A stretch of 64,000 bases of DNA from Coraliomargaritaceae bacterium (GCA_965656495.1 CBFHKU010000003.1:32001-96000), one strand, 5' to 3'. Counted from the first letter of the stretch, positions 37,981 through 49,028 are shown. The notes: a model not told the origin generated them from the letters alone. Program-made: numbers and translations.

Positions 37981-39519
37981 TTGATGGCCACAGATAAAGC
38001 AGCGAACTCACCGAAGAGTTCTTATGGCAGTATTCTGAAGTCGTCCACGATTGTGGGGGGGGCGGAGGCATTCGTATATATCATTCGCTTACTTCGAGGT
38101 AAGTTGACTGCGGTGCTTTTGGGTACGGCTGGTGTCGGGCTGATTGGCATCTATTCCTCTATGATCAACCTTGTTGCTACTATCAGTGCGATGGGGCTGA
38201 GCAGTAGTGGTGTGCGAGAAATCGCGAGTGCTCGTGGTGCTGCGGATGAGGAGTTGATCGGGCAGCTGCAGTTGGCGATCAGTCGAGTGATTCTTGTACT
38301 GGCATTTGCAGCAGTGATCTTTCTTGCGGGGGCGTCTCCTTGGTTAAGTCGCTTGATGTTTGAGGGGAGTGAGTCTGCGGCTCTCCCCATCGCCTTCTTA
38401 GGTCTAGCGATTGTTTTTAAAGGTCTGAATTTATCGCAAGAGTGTTCGATTCGGGGTTTTAGGCGTATTAGAGATTTCGCACGCATTTCTATTATAGGAG
38501 CATTGATCTCGGCAATATTATCGGTTGGGGTTTACTTGTGGATTGGAGCGGATGGAATCGTCCCGGTCATTGTCATCACTGCGGCGGTGAATTACTTCCT
38601 GGCGTGGTCGTTTTCGCGAAAGCTGCAGGTAGAACCAATATCCAGGAGTTGGGCGATTTCTTTAGTGCATTCGCGTCGACTAATTGGGTTGGGGGCTGCG
38701 GTTGCTTACGGATCAATGCTCTCGAATGTTCCGCCATTAGTGACTCGATCCTTAATAGTATCAAATATGGGATTGAGTGCGAATGGTCTATATTCTGCCG
38801 CATGGGTGATATCAGGGATGTTTGCCCAATTTATTCTTAAGGCGATGTCAGCTGATTTTTTTCCCAGATTGGCTGAGCATTCAGAGGATTCGAAGGTCGT
38901 GAATCAGTTGGTCAGTGAGCAAACAGAAATTGGGATTTTGATTGCATTGCCTGGTATCCTAGTGACGACGGCTTTTGCCCCTTTGGTATTACAATTTTTG
39001 TTTACTGCTGAATTTACCCCAGCGGCTGAGTTATTACCTTGGCTACTTTTGGGGGTCTTCGCTAAAGTGGTCAATTGGCCAATGGGGATGATCATACTTG
39101 CTCATGGTGATTCGAAGCGCTTTGCACTCTCGCAGACGCTATCCGTATGTTTACACGTCGGCCTGATTTATGGTCTCTTTTCATATTTTGGACTCATTGG
39201 AGCTGTCATGAGCTTTGCGTTACTCAACACTCTGTATTGTCCCGGGATCTATCTATACTTATATTTAAAGTATGACTTTCGGTGGGCTGGTGTGGTCGCT
39301 CCGCTGCTTCTAACTTCTTTGGTTCTATTCGCTTTAGTTGTATTGTTACGGATGTACTTAACTGAGGGGATTTCGTTTTATTGCAGCGCTATAGTCATCA
39401 TTCTCCTCGGCTGTGGATTTAGTATGCATGGCCTGCTCCGGCGTTTGGAGGGACATCCACGATTAAATAAGCTGTTGCAGAAGCTTCCATCGGGAATCGT
39501 GAAACGATTTGTGAAATAA
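37981..39519 (+). CDS. wzx: Wzx O-antigen/polysaccharide flippase
   Basis: 12-14 TM segments; YGSILKSSTIVGG..K..AVLLG..GVGLIG pattern. Confidence 0.85.
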   Translation: MMATDKAANSPKSSYGSILKSSTIVGGAEAFVYIIRLLRGKLTAVLLGTAGVGLIGIYSSMINLVATISAMGLSSSGVREIASARGAADEELIGQLQLAISRVILVLAFAAVIFLAGASPWLSRLMFEGSESAALPIAFLGLAIVFKGLNLSQECSIRGFRRIRDFARISIIGALISAILSVGVYLWIGADGIVPVIVITAAVNYFLAWSFSRKLQVEPISRSWAISLVHSRRLIGLGAAVAYGSMLSNVPPLVTRSLIVSNMGLSANGLYSAAWVISGMFAQFILKAMSADFFPRLAEHSEDSKVVNQLVSEQTEIGILIALPGILVTTAFAPLVLQFLFTAEFTPAAELLPWLLLGVFAKVVNWPMGMIILAHGDSKRFALSQTLSVCLHVGLIYGLFSYFGLIGAVMSFALLNTLYCPGIYLYLYLKYDFRWAGVVAPLLLTSLVLFALVVLLRMYLTEGISFYCSAIVIILLGCGFSMHGLLRRLEGHPRLNKLLQKLPSGIVKRFVK

Positions 39520-39539
39520 AAGCGTGGGCTCATCTTGAT

Positions 39540-40409
39540 ATGAATAATGTAAATCCAACGGTGACGGTCAGAATGTCGGCTTACAATCATGAGCGATATA
39601 TTGAGCAAGCGATTCTTTCGATCGTAAATCAAACATATCAAGATTTTGAATTACTTGTAATTGACGATGGGTCGAAAGACCAGACCCCCGCGATTCTAAA
39701 AAGGTTGAGTGAAAAATATGGCTTCCATTTCGAAGTGCAGCAAAATCAAGGGCTATGTCCCACGCTGAATAAGTTAATAAGGCGGGCTCGTGGGAAATAC
39801 ATCACTGGTTGTGCATCTGATGATTGTTGGCCGCCGATGCGATTGGAAGAGCAAGTTGCACAGCTTGAAGGACGTCCTGAGCTAGATGTTGTGCTGGGTA
39901 AGCATACGATTATAGACGGAGAGGGGCAGGTTGTTGAGTCGGGTTGGAGAATGAGGCCACCTCTGCGGGGGCGAAAAGAATATTATCCTTTGCTGCGACG
40001 AAAACGTTCTTTCGAGGCAGGTACTATGATGGTACGAGCTCAGGTATTTGAATCAGTTGGGCTTTACGATGTGTCAATTGATGTTGAGGATTTCGATTGG
40101 ATGCTACGAGCGACCAAAGTGTGTAATATTGGGTATTGTAATCGAGTGTGGCTGTATCGCCGTAAGCACGAGAGTAATTGGACGGTGACTTTGAAGGGAA
40201 AGCAGAACATCCGATCCTCGGCGGCTAAGTTGCGTCAAAAACTCGGATTCAAGGATGGTCTCATCTTTTGGTATTACGGGGTTCCGCGAGATTTTAATGT
40301 AGCAGTCAAATCAAAGGGTCGTTCTAAGGGTCTTTATTATCTGTTGCTTCCATTATTCCTATTTAACCGGGACTATTTGCGCGTTTTGTACAAAAGCGTG
40401 TGTAAATGA
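39540..40409 (+). CDS. glycosyltransferase family 2
   Basis: AYNHERYI, IDDGSKD, SDD, EDFD. Confidence 0.9.
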   Translation: MNNVNPTVTVRMSAYNHERYIEQAILSIVNQTYQDFELLVIDDGSKDQTPAILKRLSEKYGFHFEVQQNQGLCPTLNKLIRRARGKYITGCASDDCWPPMRLEEQVAQLEGRPELDVVLGKHTIIDGEGQVVESGWRMRPPLRGRKEYYPLLRRKRSFEAGTMMVRAQVFESVGLYDVSIDVEDFDWMLRATKVCNIGYCNRVWLYRRKHESNWTVTLKGKQNIRSSAAKLRQKLGFKDGLIFWYYGVPRDFNVAVKSKGRSKGLYYLLLPLFLFNRDYLRVLYKSVCK

Positions 40410-40447
40410 AATTACGATCTAGCTGATCTCTTTGCGTGCTATTCTAA

Positions 40448-41443
40448 ATGCTAATGAAAGAAATCGTATCAGATTTTAAGTGTTTTATCCGCAGGCTGTC
40501 CTCTCGCCGGACTGGGACTCATCCTGATGGCGACATTATGATTTTCTCAACAGCACGCAGCGGGTCGACCTGGGTGAAGGAAGTGATCGCCTCTCAGCAG
40601 AATATCAAATTTGTGAGTGAGCCACTACTGATGGAGAGCTTAACTCGCAGGCAGTTGGGGGTCGATCCTTCATGGGGATTAACGATTCCTAGCCGAGGGC
40701 GTGAGCAGATACTAAAGAATTATTTTCAGCGTCAATTTTCCGGAAGTTGTGGTTATGGTAGCCCTTCCTTTAAGTCGGAGTTCTATCGAAAACGCTATGA
40801 TCGTGTGGTATTGAAGCTTCTCCGTTGTCAGGATATGATGAACTGGTGTGCGGACCAGTTCGGAGTTAAGGTGGTTTACTTACTGAGGCACCCTGTGCCA
40901 GTCGCTTTGTCACGAAAAGAATACAAGCGGCTGCCCATGTTTTTGGAGAGTGATGAATTTCGTGAGCGTTATCTAAGTGATGCGCAACACGCTTTCGCCC
41001 TAGATGTCGTCAGTGATGGGACTGCTCTCGAACATAAAATCTTGGACTGGTGCTTGCAGAATTTGGCCCCGCTTAAACATCTGGATAGCAGCCGTTGGCT
41101 TACGCTTTACTATGAGGATATTGTGATGACTCCGGAGCAGCAACTGGAGCAGCTTAGTGCCTATCTGAATTTGGAAGATGTCGATTCGGCTTTGGCGCGG
41201 ATCAATCAGGCTTCTTCCACGACTTACAAGTCTGACGCTGAGACCCAGGCGGTCTTGTCGGGTGAGGAAGATCTGGGCAAGCGGCGTTCGTTTTTAGTCA
41301 ATAAGTGGTTGTCGCGCGTCAATGAAACAGAGCAGGCGCAGGTGCAGGCGATTTTTGATCAGTTTGAGATTGATGTATACCGCACAGATGCCGCGATGCC
41401 AGTCGTACGTATGAACTCGGAGGCGATTGCATGCGGTCACTGA
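40448..41443 (+). CDS. sulfotransferase family protein
   Basis: STARSGSTW, LLRHP, YEDIV..P motifs. Confidence 0.8.
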   Translation: MLMKEIVSDFKCFIRRLSSRRTGTHPDGDIMIFSTARSGSTWVKEVIASQQNIKFVSEPLLMESLTRRQLGVDPSWGLTIPSRGREQILKNYFQRQFSGSCGYGSPSFKSEFYRKRYDRVVLKLLRCQDMMNWCADQFGVKVVYLLRHPVPVALSRKEYKRLPMFLESDEFRERYLSDAQHAFALDVVSDGTALEHKILDWCLQNLAPLKHLDSSRWLTLYYEDIVMTPEQQLEQLSAYLNLEDVDSALARINQASSTTYKSDAETQAVLSGEEDLGKRRSFLVNKWLSRVNETEQAQVQAIFDQFEIDVYRTDAAMPVVRMNSEAIACGH

Positions 41444-42774
41444 TACGTAGTCTACATGGGCGTCGTACTTATATACGGCGAATTGACTGTGCATACAAGC
41501 GTCTGAAAGCAGTCGAAATGCTGGGCTCTAAAGAAGTGGAGGGGTTGGCGGAAGAGACACGTAGCGCATTCCTTCAATTCTGTATCGAGCACGTCCCTTT
41601 TTATCGAGATGCGGCTAATCGTGAGGGGGTCCATAATTTAAATGACTGGTTGAAACTGCCGATCCTAACAAAGGATTTGATACGTGCGCACTCGAAAGAA
41701 TTGCGTTCAGAGGGGCATGCGTCGCTGTGGGTTCGCCAAAATACATCCGGAGGTTCCACCGGTGAGCCAGTCACTTTTTTACAAGACGATACGTATCAAG
41801 TGGAAATGTGTGCCATGAAGCGAGTCTATGACTCTTGGACCGGTTTCCAATACGGCCAGCCAAAGGTTATCTTATGGGGGTCGGAGAGAGATCTCTTGGA
41901 AGGGCGTGAACACTGGAGGACGCATTTCGCGCGATGGATGCAAAACGAACATTGGATCAATGCCTTTAAAATGACTGAAGCCTCAATGGCGGCAACCGTG
42001 GATTTGATTAATAAGCGCAAGCCGGTACAAATCTTGGCTTACGTCGAGGCCATTTCTACACTGTGTAAATTCATTAAGAAGAATCGATTGAAAGTGTATG
42101 CGCCTCATGGTATCATGACTTCTGCTGGAACTCTTTACCCGGAGATCCGAAAGGAAATCTCCGAGACCTTTCAGGCACCTGTGTACAATCGCTACGGTTC
42201 ACGTGAAGTTGGGGATATGGGCAGTGAATGTTCGGATGACAGTGGCCTTTTGGTACACCCGATGATTCACCATCTTGAGATCGTCCGGGATGATGGTAGT
42301 CCTTGCGAAGCTGGAGAGCCAGGACGTATTCTAGTCAGTTGTATGACCAATCGAACGATGCCGCTGCTCCGTTACGATGTGGGGGATGTCGGCGTGTTGA
42401 AGGCAGAGACGCATGACGATGTGCCAGCTTTCCAGAGCTTGGAGTCAGTGAAAGGTCGGGTCACGGATAATTTTATCAATTTAGAGGGTGCACGTATTCA
42501 TGGTGAATTCTTTACCCACTTACTCTATCACTGTGACTGGGTGCATAAGTTCCGTTTCCATCAACGTGCCGATACCAGTATCGATATTTATGTTGTCCTG
42601 GCTCCTCAAATAAAGCTCATTGATTTAAAAAAAGAATGTGAGTCAATTGATCAGGAAATACGTAAAGTCATGGGAGAGGGGTGTTTGCTTCGTTGGTCCT
42701 CTGTCAGAGAACTGGAGTCCCATGCAAACGGTAAGTATCGTTATGTAATTTCAGACACCCAGCAGTCATTTTAA
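41431..42774 (+). CDS. phenylacetate-CoA-ligase-like (CapK-type) adenylate-forming enzyme
   Basis: TSGGSTGEP, YGSRE, MPLLRYDVGD, GR..D, GKYRY. Confidence 0.85.
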   Translation: MRSLIRSLHGRRTYIRRIDCAYKRLKAVEMLGSKEVEGLAEETRSAFLQFCIEHVPFYRDAANREGVHNLNDWLKLPILTKDLIRAHSKELRSEGHASLWVRQNTSGGSTGEPVTFLQDDTYQVEMCAMKRVYDSWTGFQYGQPKVILWGSERDLLEGREHWRTHFARWMQNEHWINAFKMTEASMAATVDLINKRKPVQILAYVEAISTLCKFIKKNRLKVYAPHGIMTSAGTLYPEIRKEISETFQAPVYNRYGSREVGDMGSECSDDSGLLVHPMIHHLEIVRDDGSPCEAGEPGRILVSCMTNRTMPLLRYDVGDVGVLKAETHDDVPAFQSLESVKGRVTDNFINLEGARIHGEFFTHLLYHCDWVHKFRFHQRADTSIDIYVVLAPQIKLIDLKKECESIDQEIRKVMGEGCLLRWSSVRELESHANGKYRYVISDTQQSF

Positions 42775-42781
42775 TTCAGTT

Positions 42782-44062
42782 TTGTCAATGTTACCTAGAT
42801 TTTTTAAGCAGCCTTTCTTTGTTACCGGAGCCTTTTTGTCGGCCTACATCGTCATATTTGTGTTTTTGACAGGCCTAGTTTCGCCGCGGTTGGCTACGCT
42901 TGCGGGGGTTCTTGGCGTTGGTGCACTTTGTGCAGAATCTCTTCAACGTGGAGTGCTCGCCAAATTTCTTGAAAAGCTGTGGCCGATGGCTCCGTGGATT
43001 CTATTCGCACTCTTGAGCTATGCGGTCCTTCCTCTGATTCCCTATGCTGGATCGCGCGCTTGGAACAATTTGACCGGTGTAATTTATGCCATATCGATCT
43101 TCATGGTCGTGCGACATTATGGGAGGTTGGCATGCGTGGAGCCACTGTATGTGTCTTACGTCTTTATTGTGGTCTGTTTCTTCGTGTTATTCCCCGGAGT
43201 TTTGGGGGTCGCTGAAGGCCAGGAGCGCCTTCGTTTGAGTGCAGAAGTATTGGGTCAGGAGAAGGGGTTGAACCCGAATGATGTGGCACGTTTGATGGGC
43301 ATTTCCGGCCTGATGATTTTAGGTAGTTTGAGAGGCTTCAACTTTAAGCTATTTACGCGTGGGCATGCTATCGATCGCGGGCTCAACGTTCTCAAAGTGG
43401 TTGGTGTATTTGCCGCGATTTATGTAATCGTCTTCCACTCGGGTTCCCGTGCGGCTCTGGCTTGGATTGCTGGGATGGCGGTGTATGTGGTAGCTGCGTA
43501 TTACAATCGTAATATCGTTTTCTCCTTATTTGCGGCGGGGAGCATGGCATTTATTGGGTTGCTAGTTGGTTACCATCTCTTTCCAGACATTGAAGTGTTT
43601 AGCCGCATTTCGGTGCTATTCGATGAGGTGGCTATGCGAGGAGAAGGCGAAAAAAGTTTTTATGCCCGAGTGGACATGATTCAAGAGGCGCTAGGGCTTT
43701 GGATGCAAAGTCCCGTCTGGGGGAATGGAAATGAAGCGTATCGTGTGCAAGGAAGTTACGCAACTTATAGCCATTCGAATTATACCGAGCTGCTGGCGAA
43801 TTATGGCCTGCTTGGTTTTATTCTTTTTAATATGCCCTTTGCCTTGGGTGCCTGGACAGGATGGAAGATGCGTAAAAGTATGAATCAGGATATCCGTAAG
43901 ATAGCGATTTGGACGCTAATTTGCTGTGGAATTCTCTTTGTGGTGAGCTTTGTGAATGTGATCTACTACACAAAGTATGTGCTTTTGTTTTATGCATTCC
44001 TGCTCGGGAAGATTTATTACATCAAGGATCACTATGCACAGTTTAATCGGCCGATAACGTAG
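42782..44062 (+). CDS. Wzy polymerase / O-antigen-ligase-family membrane protein
   Basis: Multi-TM; NPN, SGSRAA, R..M..A..W..PVWGNG, YSHSNYTELL. Confidence 0.75.
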   Translation: MSMLPRFFKQPFFVTGAFLSAYIVIFVFLTGLVSPRLATLAGVLGVGALCAESLQRGVLAKFLEKLWPMAPWILFALLSYAVLPLIPYAGSRAWNNLTGVIYAISIFMVVRHYGRLACVEPLYVSYVFIVVCFFVLFPGVLGVAEGQERLRLSAEVLGQEKGLNPNDVARLMGISGLMILGSLRGFNFKLFTRGHAIDRGLNVLKVVGVFAAIYVIVFHSGSRAALAWIAGMAVYVVAAYYNRNIVFSLFAAGSMAFIGLLVGYHLFPDIEVFSRISVLFDEVAMRGEGEKSFYARVDMIQEALGLWMQSPVWGNGNEAYRVQGSYATYSHSNYTELLANYGLLGFILFNMPFALGAWTGWKMRKSMNQDIRKIAIWTLICCGILFVVSFVNVIYYTKYVLLFYAFLLGKIYYIKDHYAQFNRPIT

Positions 44063-44186
44063 GTTATCTTTCGCACATTTGATTTGAGTGTGCTTAGGAA
44101 GGTTCCGAAAAAGAACCAAGACCAATGAGCAAAGCGACCCGATTCGCACGAATCACGGAGAAGCTGGAAAGTCTATTCAATCAAGA

Positions 44187-45269
44187 ATGAAAATCTGTCT
44201 CTTTACTGCATCTTTAAATCGTGGAGGCGCGGAGCGTGTTTTTGTGAATCTGGCTAATCATTGGATCAATCAGGGGCATGAGGTGGATTTCGTGGTGCTC
44301 TCGCCGGAGGGTGGTTTCCGTAAAACTTTGCAATCTGGGGTCAGACTAGTCGATTTGCGCGAACAACGAACCGGACTGCCAGCGCGAATTGATTTCATCC
44401 GCGCGTTTGTAGGTTACTTGAAAAAAGAAAAGCCGGATCAGGTCTTTGCGACCTTAACTTATGTCACCACGATAGCACTCTGGGCGAAGCGACTCGCCCG
44501 CTACACCGGTCGGGTGGTCGTGCGCCAGGCCAACTCCCTTACGAATCAGTCCAAGCAGAGTATTCCTGTGAAAGTATGGAATTGGGTCGGTTATCACATC
44601 TGCTACCGCTGGGCCGATACCATTCTCGTCAATTCCCGCAACAGTGAGTCGGAAATGCTGGAGATGCTTCCGGCTTTGAAGGATAAAGTCCGCTTAATTT
44701 ACAACCCTGTTGAGGTTGATGGGCCTATGCCGCTAACCTCTGATCAAGAGCCGTCGCCAATTGTTTTGGCTTCCGGTCGTTTTGCGCCGCAAAAAGACTA
44801 CCCCACCTTGCTTCGGGCCTTTGCCAAAGTAAGGGCTCAGGTCGATGCTAGGCTGATTATCCTTGGGGACGGCCCCTTGAGGTCGGAGATCGAGTTACTG
44901 ATCAGCGAGCTGAAGCTCAATGAACCCGTCGAACTCATGGGTTATGTGGAGAATACTCAGGACTATTATGCCAGTGCCCGTGTCTTTGCTCTCGCCTCTC
45001 GCTGGGAGGGCTTTCCCAATGTATTGGTGGAAGCGCTTGCAGCAGGAGTGCCGGCTGTGGTCACCGATGGCAAAGGTGCAAGCCGGGAAATTCTCGAACC
45101 GATCTTGCCGGATAATATCGTGCCGGTTGGTGATGTGGCTGCCTTGGCGGAGCGGATTGTTGCAAGCTTAGAGCAGACACCTGAGTGTGAACGTTATAGA
45201 GACTCGATCCGTGAGCGATTTAACTTACCTGTGATTGCAAATCAATACTTGGATACTGCAGCATGTTAA
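44187..45269 (+). CDS. glycosyltransferase family 4
   Basis: GGAERV, GRFAPQKD, SRWEGFPNVLVEALAAG. Confidence 0.9.
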   Translation: MKICLFTASLNRGGAERVFVNLANHWINQGHEVDFVVLSPEGGFRKTLQSGVRLVDLREQRTGLPARIDFIRAFVGYLKKEKPDQVFATLTYVTTIALWAKRLARYTGRVVVRQANSLTNQSKQSIPVKVWNWVGYHICYRWADTILVNSRNSESEMLEMLPALKDKVRLIYNPVEVDGPMPLTSDQEPSPIVLASGRFAPQKDYPTLLRAFAKVRAQVDARLIILGDGPLRSEIELLISELKLNEPVELMGYVENTQDYYASARVFALASRWEGFPNVLVEALAAGVPAVVTDGKGASREILEPILPDNIVPVGDVAALAERIVASLEQTPECERYRDSIRERFNLPVIANQYLDTAAC

Positions 45270-46060
45270 GAAGGCATATTAAAGCTGTTCTAGAGTATCC
45301 TCTCCTCCTCACTGCAGGATGGCGTAGGTTACCTGATTTTATTATTATCGGGGCGCAGAAGTCGGGCACCACCTCTCTCTTTGATTATCTGACCATGCAC
45401 CCGGAGGTTCTGAAGAACCCTCTCAATTATAAAGAGCTGTATTTCTTTAACACCCATTATCAACGGGGGATGAAATACTATAGGCATTATTTTCCACTCA
45501 AGTTCCGTTCCGGCTTGGTGGGCGAGGCGACGACCACGTATTTACACAGTCTGGAAGCGCCAGCTCGGGTGGCTCAGTGCCTCCCTGAAGTGAAGCTAAT
45601 CCTGACTTTGCGGGATCCCGTCGACCGCGCGATTTCCCATTACTACCATCACGTTAAGCGCGGCAGGGAAAGCAGAACTTTGGATGAGGCTTTCTCGCAG
45701 GATTATTTAGATCGATTCAATTCCGGCAAATTGGAAGACGATAAATTTACCTATCGGTATCTGAATAATAGCAATTACGCTCGGCACTTGGCCAACTGGC
45801 AGCAGCACTTCATGGAGAAACGCTTTTGTATCAATGCGGCAGAAGACATGTTTGAACGTCCGCAGGAGGTCTATGATCAGGCCTGTGACTTCCTCGGTCT
45901 GAAACGTGTGCACCTGCCTGAGTTTAAAGTTCGAAATAAGGGTTCGGAACGAAAGGAAATCCGAGAAATCGAGCAACGGCTGTGCGAATTTTATAGACCA
46001 CATGTAGCACAGCTCTACGCGTCGCCATTGATCAAGTTCCGCTGGGAGCGCTTTTATTGA
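45263..46060 (+). CDS. sulfotransferase (Sulfotransfer_1 / heparan-sulfate-ST-like)
   Basis: LPDFIIIGAQKSGTTSL, KELYFF, GEAT..Y, LRDPVDRAISHY. Confidence 0.9.
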   Translation: MLRRHIKAVLEYPLLLTAGWRRLPDFIIIGAQKSGTTSLFDYLTMHPEVLKNPLNYKELYFFNTHYQRGMKYYRHYFPLKFRSGLVGEATTTYLHSLEAPARVAQCLPEVKLILTLRDPVDRAISHYYHHVKRGRESRTLDEAFSQDYLDRFNSGKLEDDKFTYRYLNNSNYARHLANWQQHFMEKRFCINAAEDMFERPQEVYDQACDFLGLKRVHLPEFKVRNKGSERKEIREIEQRLCEFYRPHVAQLYASPLIKFRWERFY

Positions 46061-46092
46061 GGAGCATTGATTCTCTCTTTTGTATTCACGTG

Positions 46093-47316
46093 ATGCCTGA
46101 AAAGCCCAAAACTCTGCTCTTCCTGACCTATCAGTATCCCTTCCTTCCGGGGGAGTATTTCATCGAGAGTGAAATCAGTTTCCTCTCCGAAGCCTTCTCT
46201 GAAGTGCTGGTTGTTCCAGCGCGTTGTTTTTGGTGGCGCAGCGCAAAAACTTCTCGTGGCTTGCCTGAAAATGTTACTCTCGTTGACCCAAGGCAATTAT
46301 TTTGGATTCAGCGAGTTTTGTATTCCTTGGCAGGAGCGATTGAAATGCTGCCAATGATACTGTTAGGGCGCAAAATTTGGCCGGGGGCTAAGGTCGGGAC
46401 AGCTGGCTGGTTTGACGAGTTTAAGTCGATGTATAAAACCTGTGTACTTGCACACATGTTGCGACATTTATTGAGAACCCGAATGATTAGTTCGGATGTC
46501 GTTGCTTATGCGTATTGGAGAGATTTTTCTGCGGCTGCACTGGCATTTTTGAGGAAACAAAGTCTGGTGCGGCGTCTCTTTGTCAGATGTCATCGGGTTG
46601 ATATTTATCATCCGAAACGCTGGTCGGTTCAAAGTTTTATTGATAGCTATGCGGACGCTATTTTTCCGGTGTCTCAGGATGGCTTCAATCATCTGGTCGG
46701 TGAGAAAGGGCTCGACGCCGGAAAAATCGAGGTGCAGCGTCTGGGAATTCGAGTGCCGGGAACTCAGACGCGACAATCGACGGACGGCGTCTTGCGATTG
46801 GTCTCCTGTTCAAATATTGTTCCCGTGAAGAGGGTTGATTTGATCGCCCGTGTGGTGGCCTTGCTGCCAGGGCGGGTCGAGTGGACCCATATTGGGGATG
46901 GGCCGGAGAAATCACTGGTGGATCAGGTTGTGGCTACTTTGGATTCGAAGCATACGGCTCATTTTACAGGGCGCTTATCGAACGATGCAGTCTATAATTA
47001 CTATTCACATAATCCCGTTGATTGGTTTATTAACTTGAGTGAGTCTGAGGGAGTCCCTGTTTCGATTATGGAGGCAATGGCGCACAGCATTCCATGCGTT
47101 GCCACCGATGTTGGCGGGACCTCTGAAATTGTCCACAAATCAAATGGCATTTTGGTTTCGGCCGATACGCCTTTGGAAGAAATTGTTTCCTTAATCATCC
47201 AACAATCACCATCGGAAAATCTGGAAATGTTGCGGGCGCGAGCACGTGAAACAGCAGAGGAAATGTGTTCTGCAGAGGCAAATTACCGGCGTTTTTGTAA
47301 GATTATTAGCCAGTGA
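46093..47316 (+). CDS. glycosyltransferase family 4
   Basis: VPVKRV, SESEGVPVSIMEAM, ATDVGGTSE. Confidence 0.88.
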   Translation: MPEKPKTLLFLTYQYPFLPGEYFIESEISFLSEAFSEVLVVPARCFWWRSAKTSRGLPENVTLVDPRQLFWIQRVLYSLAGAIEMLPMILLGRKIWPGAKVGTAGWFDEFKSMYKTCVLAHMLRHLLRTRMISSDVVAYAYWRDFSAAALAFLRKQSLVRRLFVRCHRVDIYHPKRWSVQSFIDSYADAIFPVSQDGFNHLVGEKGLDAGKIEVQRLGIRVPGTQTRQSTDGVLRLVSCSNIVPVKRVDLIARVVALLPGRVEWTHIGDGPEKSLVDQVVATLDSKHTAHFTGRLSNDAVYNYYSHNPVDWFINLSESEGVPVSIMEAMAHSIPCVATDVGGTSEIVHKSNGILVSADTPLEEIVSLIIQQSPSENLEMLRARARETAEEMCSAEANYRRFCKIISQ

Positions 47317-48488
47317 GCAAATCAACTTTAGTTCATACGGTGCCTTCTTTGGGTATGACCGGTGGCGGGCCACCTCGCTCTGTCAGTCAGCTTTGCGGTG
47401 CGCTTTGTGACGAGTCTGAACGGGCGATTTCTATTATCACGGCGCTCTATATGGATGACCCTCTGGTGCCGTTGCATCAGAGGATTGAGTTGATGACGCA
47501 CGCGGCCAAGGGTCACTCGTTCACTGCCCGACTCCAGGAGACAGGATTTCGCGATTCGCTGCATGCTTTGGTGCGGAAGCAATCAATATCACTCATCCAT
47601 CAACATGGAATCTGGCTTCGGTCGTCTCATGAGGTTATAGGATTTGCGCATGAGTGCTCGATACCTTTAGTGGTCGCGCCCAGGGGCATGTTAGAGCCTT
47701 GGGCAATCAATCATAGTAAATGGAAGAAAAAACTGGCTTGGGTACTCTATCAGAAAAAAGACTTGGAGAAAGTTGCTGGATTTCATGCGACCGCTCACTC
47801 AGAGGCCGAAAGTATTCGTCGACTGGGCTTTAAACAACCGATTGCAGTCATTCCTAATGGGGTTCAATTGCCAGAGGCAATTGAGTGTGAAAGTGCTAAG
47901 GTGAGGAAGTTGGAAGGTGAGAGAAAAACTGCTTTCTTTCTGTCTCGGATACATCCAAAGAAGGGGCTACCAATGTTGTTGGATGCCTGGAAGAAACTCT
48001 CGCCAGAGAGCTGGCGCTTGGTGATTGCGGGTAATGATGATGGCGGGCATGTGGCTGAATTACAGGCTCTAGTAAAACGCTTGGGTCTATCTGAGGGGGT
48101 GTCCTACGCTGGGCCGCTCTTTGGTGAGGCCAAAGAAAAGGCTTATCGTGAAGCGGATCTTTTCGTGTTGCCCTCCTATTCTGAGAATTTTGGCATCGTT
48201 GTGACGGAAGCTCTGGGCTACAAAGTGCCGGTACTGACGACGACAGGCTGCCCGTGGAAGGAATTAGAAACATATAATTGCGGCTGGTGGGTGGAACCGA
48301 CTCCATTAGGCATTGAGCAAGGGCTACAACTTGCCTTGGCAACTTCAGGTCAAGAACTCAGTGAGATGGGCGCGCGTGGTCGTGCGCTTGTTGAAGAAAA
48401 ATATCAATGGCCGGGAATTGCAGAAAGGATGATTGAATTTTACGACTGGCTACTGAAAGGTGGGAATCAGCCTGAATTCGTAGTATGA
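47313..48488 (+). CDS. glycosyltransferase family 4
   Basis: SRIHPKKG, PSYSENFGIVVTEAL. Confidence 0.9.
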   Translation: MSKSTLVHTVPSLGMTGGGPPRSVSQLCGALCDESERAISIITALYMDDPLVPLHQRIELMTHAAKGHSFTARLQETGFRDSLHALVRKQSISLIHQHGIWLRSSHEVIGFAHECSIPLVVAPRGMLEPWAINHSKWKKKLAWVLYQKKDLEKVAGFHATAHSEAESIRRLGFKQPIAVIPNGVQLPEAIECESAKVRKLEGERKTAFFLSRIHPKKGLPMLLDAWKKLSPESWRLVIAGNDDGGHVAELQALVKRLGLSEGVSYAGPLFGEAKEKAYREADLFVLPSYSENFGIVVTEALGYKVPVLTTTGCPWKELETYNCGWWVEPTPLGIEQGLQLALATSGQELSEMGARGRALVEEKYQWPGIAERMIEFYDWLLKGGNQPEFVV

Positions 48489-49027
48489 AAAAGCTAGATA
48501 TAAAAGCGAATCGTGCCATTTCAAAATATTCAAAGAGGGAGCTCCTGCTCCGTGTGATTTGGGGCTTTGGCAAGCTGGTGTTTCGCTTAACCCCTCGTCC
48601 ATGGTTTGGGCTGCGTCGTGCGATTCTCCGATGCTTTGGCGCAAAGGTCGGAGGGAATGTCAATATCTACCCTTCGGCCCTAATTTATTTTCCGTGGAAT
48701 TTGGAAATCGGCGACGATTCCTCTATCGGAGAGTGGGCCTTGATTTATAATTTGGGTTCCGTTACGATTGGTGAATGTACGACCATTTCGCAACGTGCGC
48801 ACTTGTGTGCAGGAACTCATGATTACTCTAACCCCGTCCTGCCATTAATTAAGCCACCAATCACCATTGGCAATGAAGTATGGGTTTGCGCAGATGCCTT
48901 CGTTGGTCCCGGAATTTTAATAGACGACAGGAGTATTGTTGCTGCGCGTGCAGTCGTTGTTAAAAATGTCCCTTCCTCTGTATTGGTAGGCGGAAATCCA
49001 GCAAAGTTTATTAAAGATAGATTATAA
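48485..49027 (+). CDS. WcaF-like hexapeptide-repeat O-acetyltransferase
   Basis: LRCFGAKVG, FPWNLEIGD, HLCAGTHD, GGNPAK. Confidence 0.88.
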   Translation: MKKLDIKANRAISKYSKRELLLRVIWGFGKLVFRLTPRPWFGLRRAILRCFGAKVGGNVNIYPSALIYFPWNLEIGDDSSIGEWALIYNLGSVTIGECTTISQRAHLCAGTHDYSNPVLPLIKPPITIGNEVWVCADAFVGPGILIDDRSIVAARAVVVKNVPSSVLVGGNPAKFIKDRL

Positions 49028-49028
49028 T

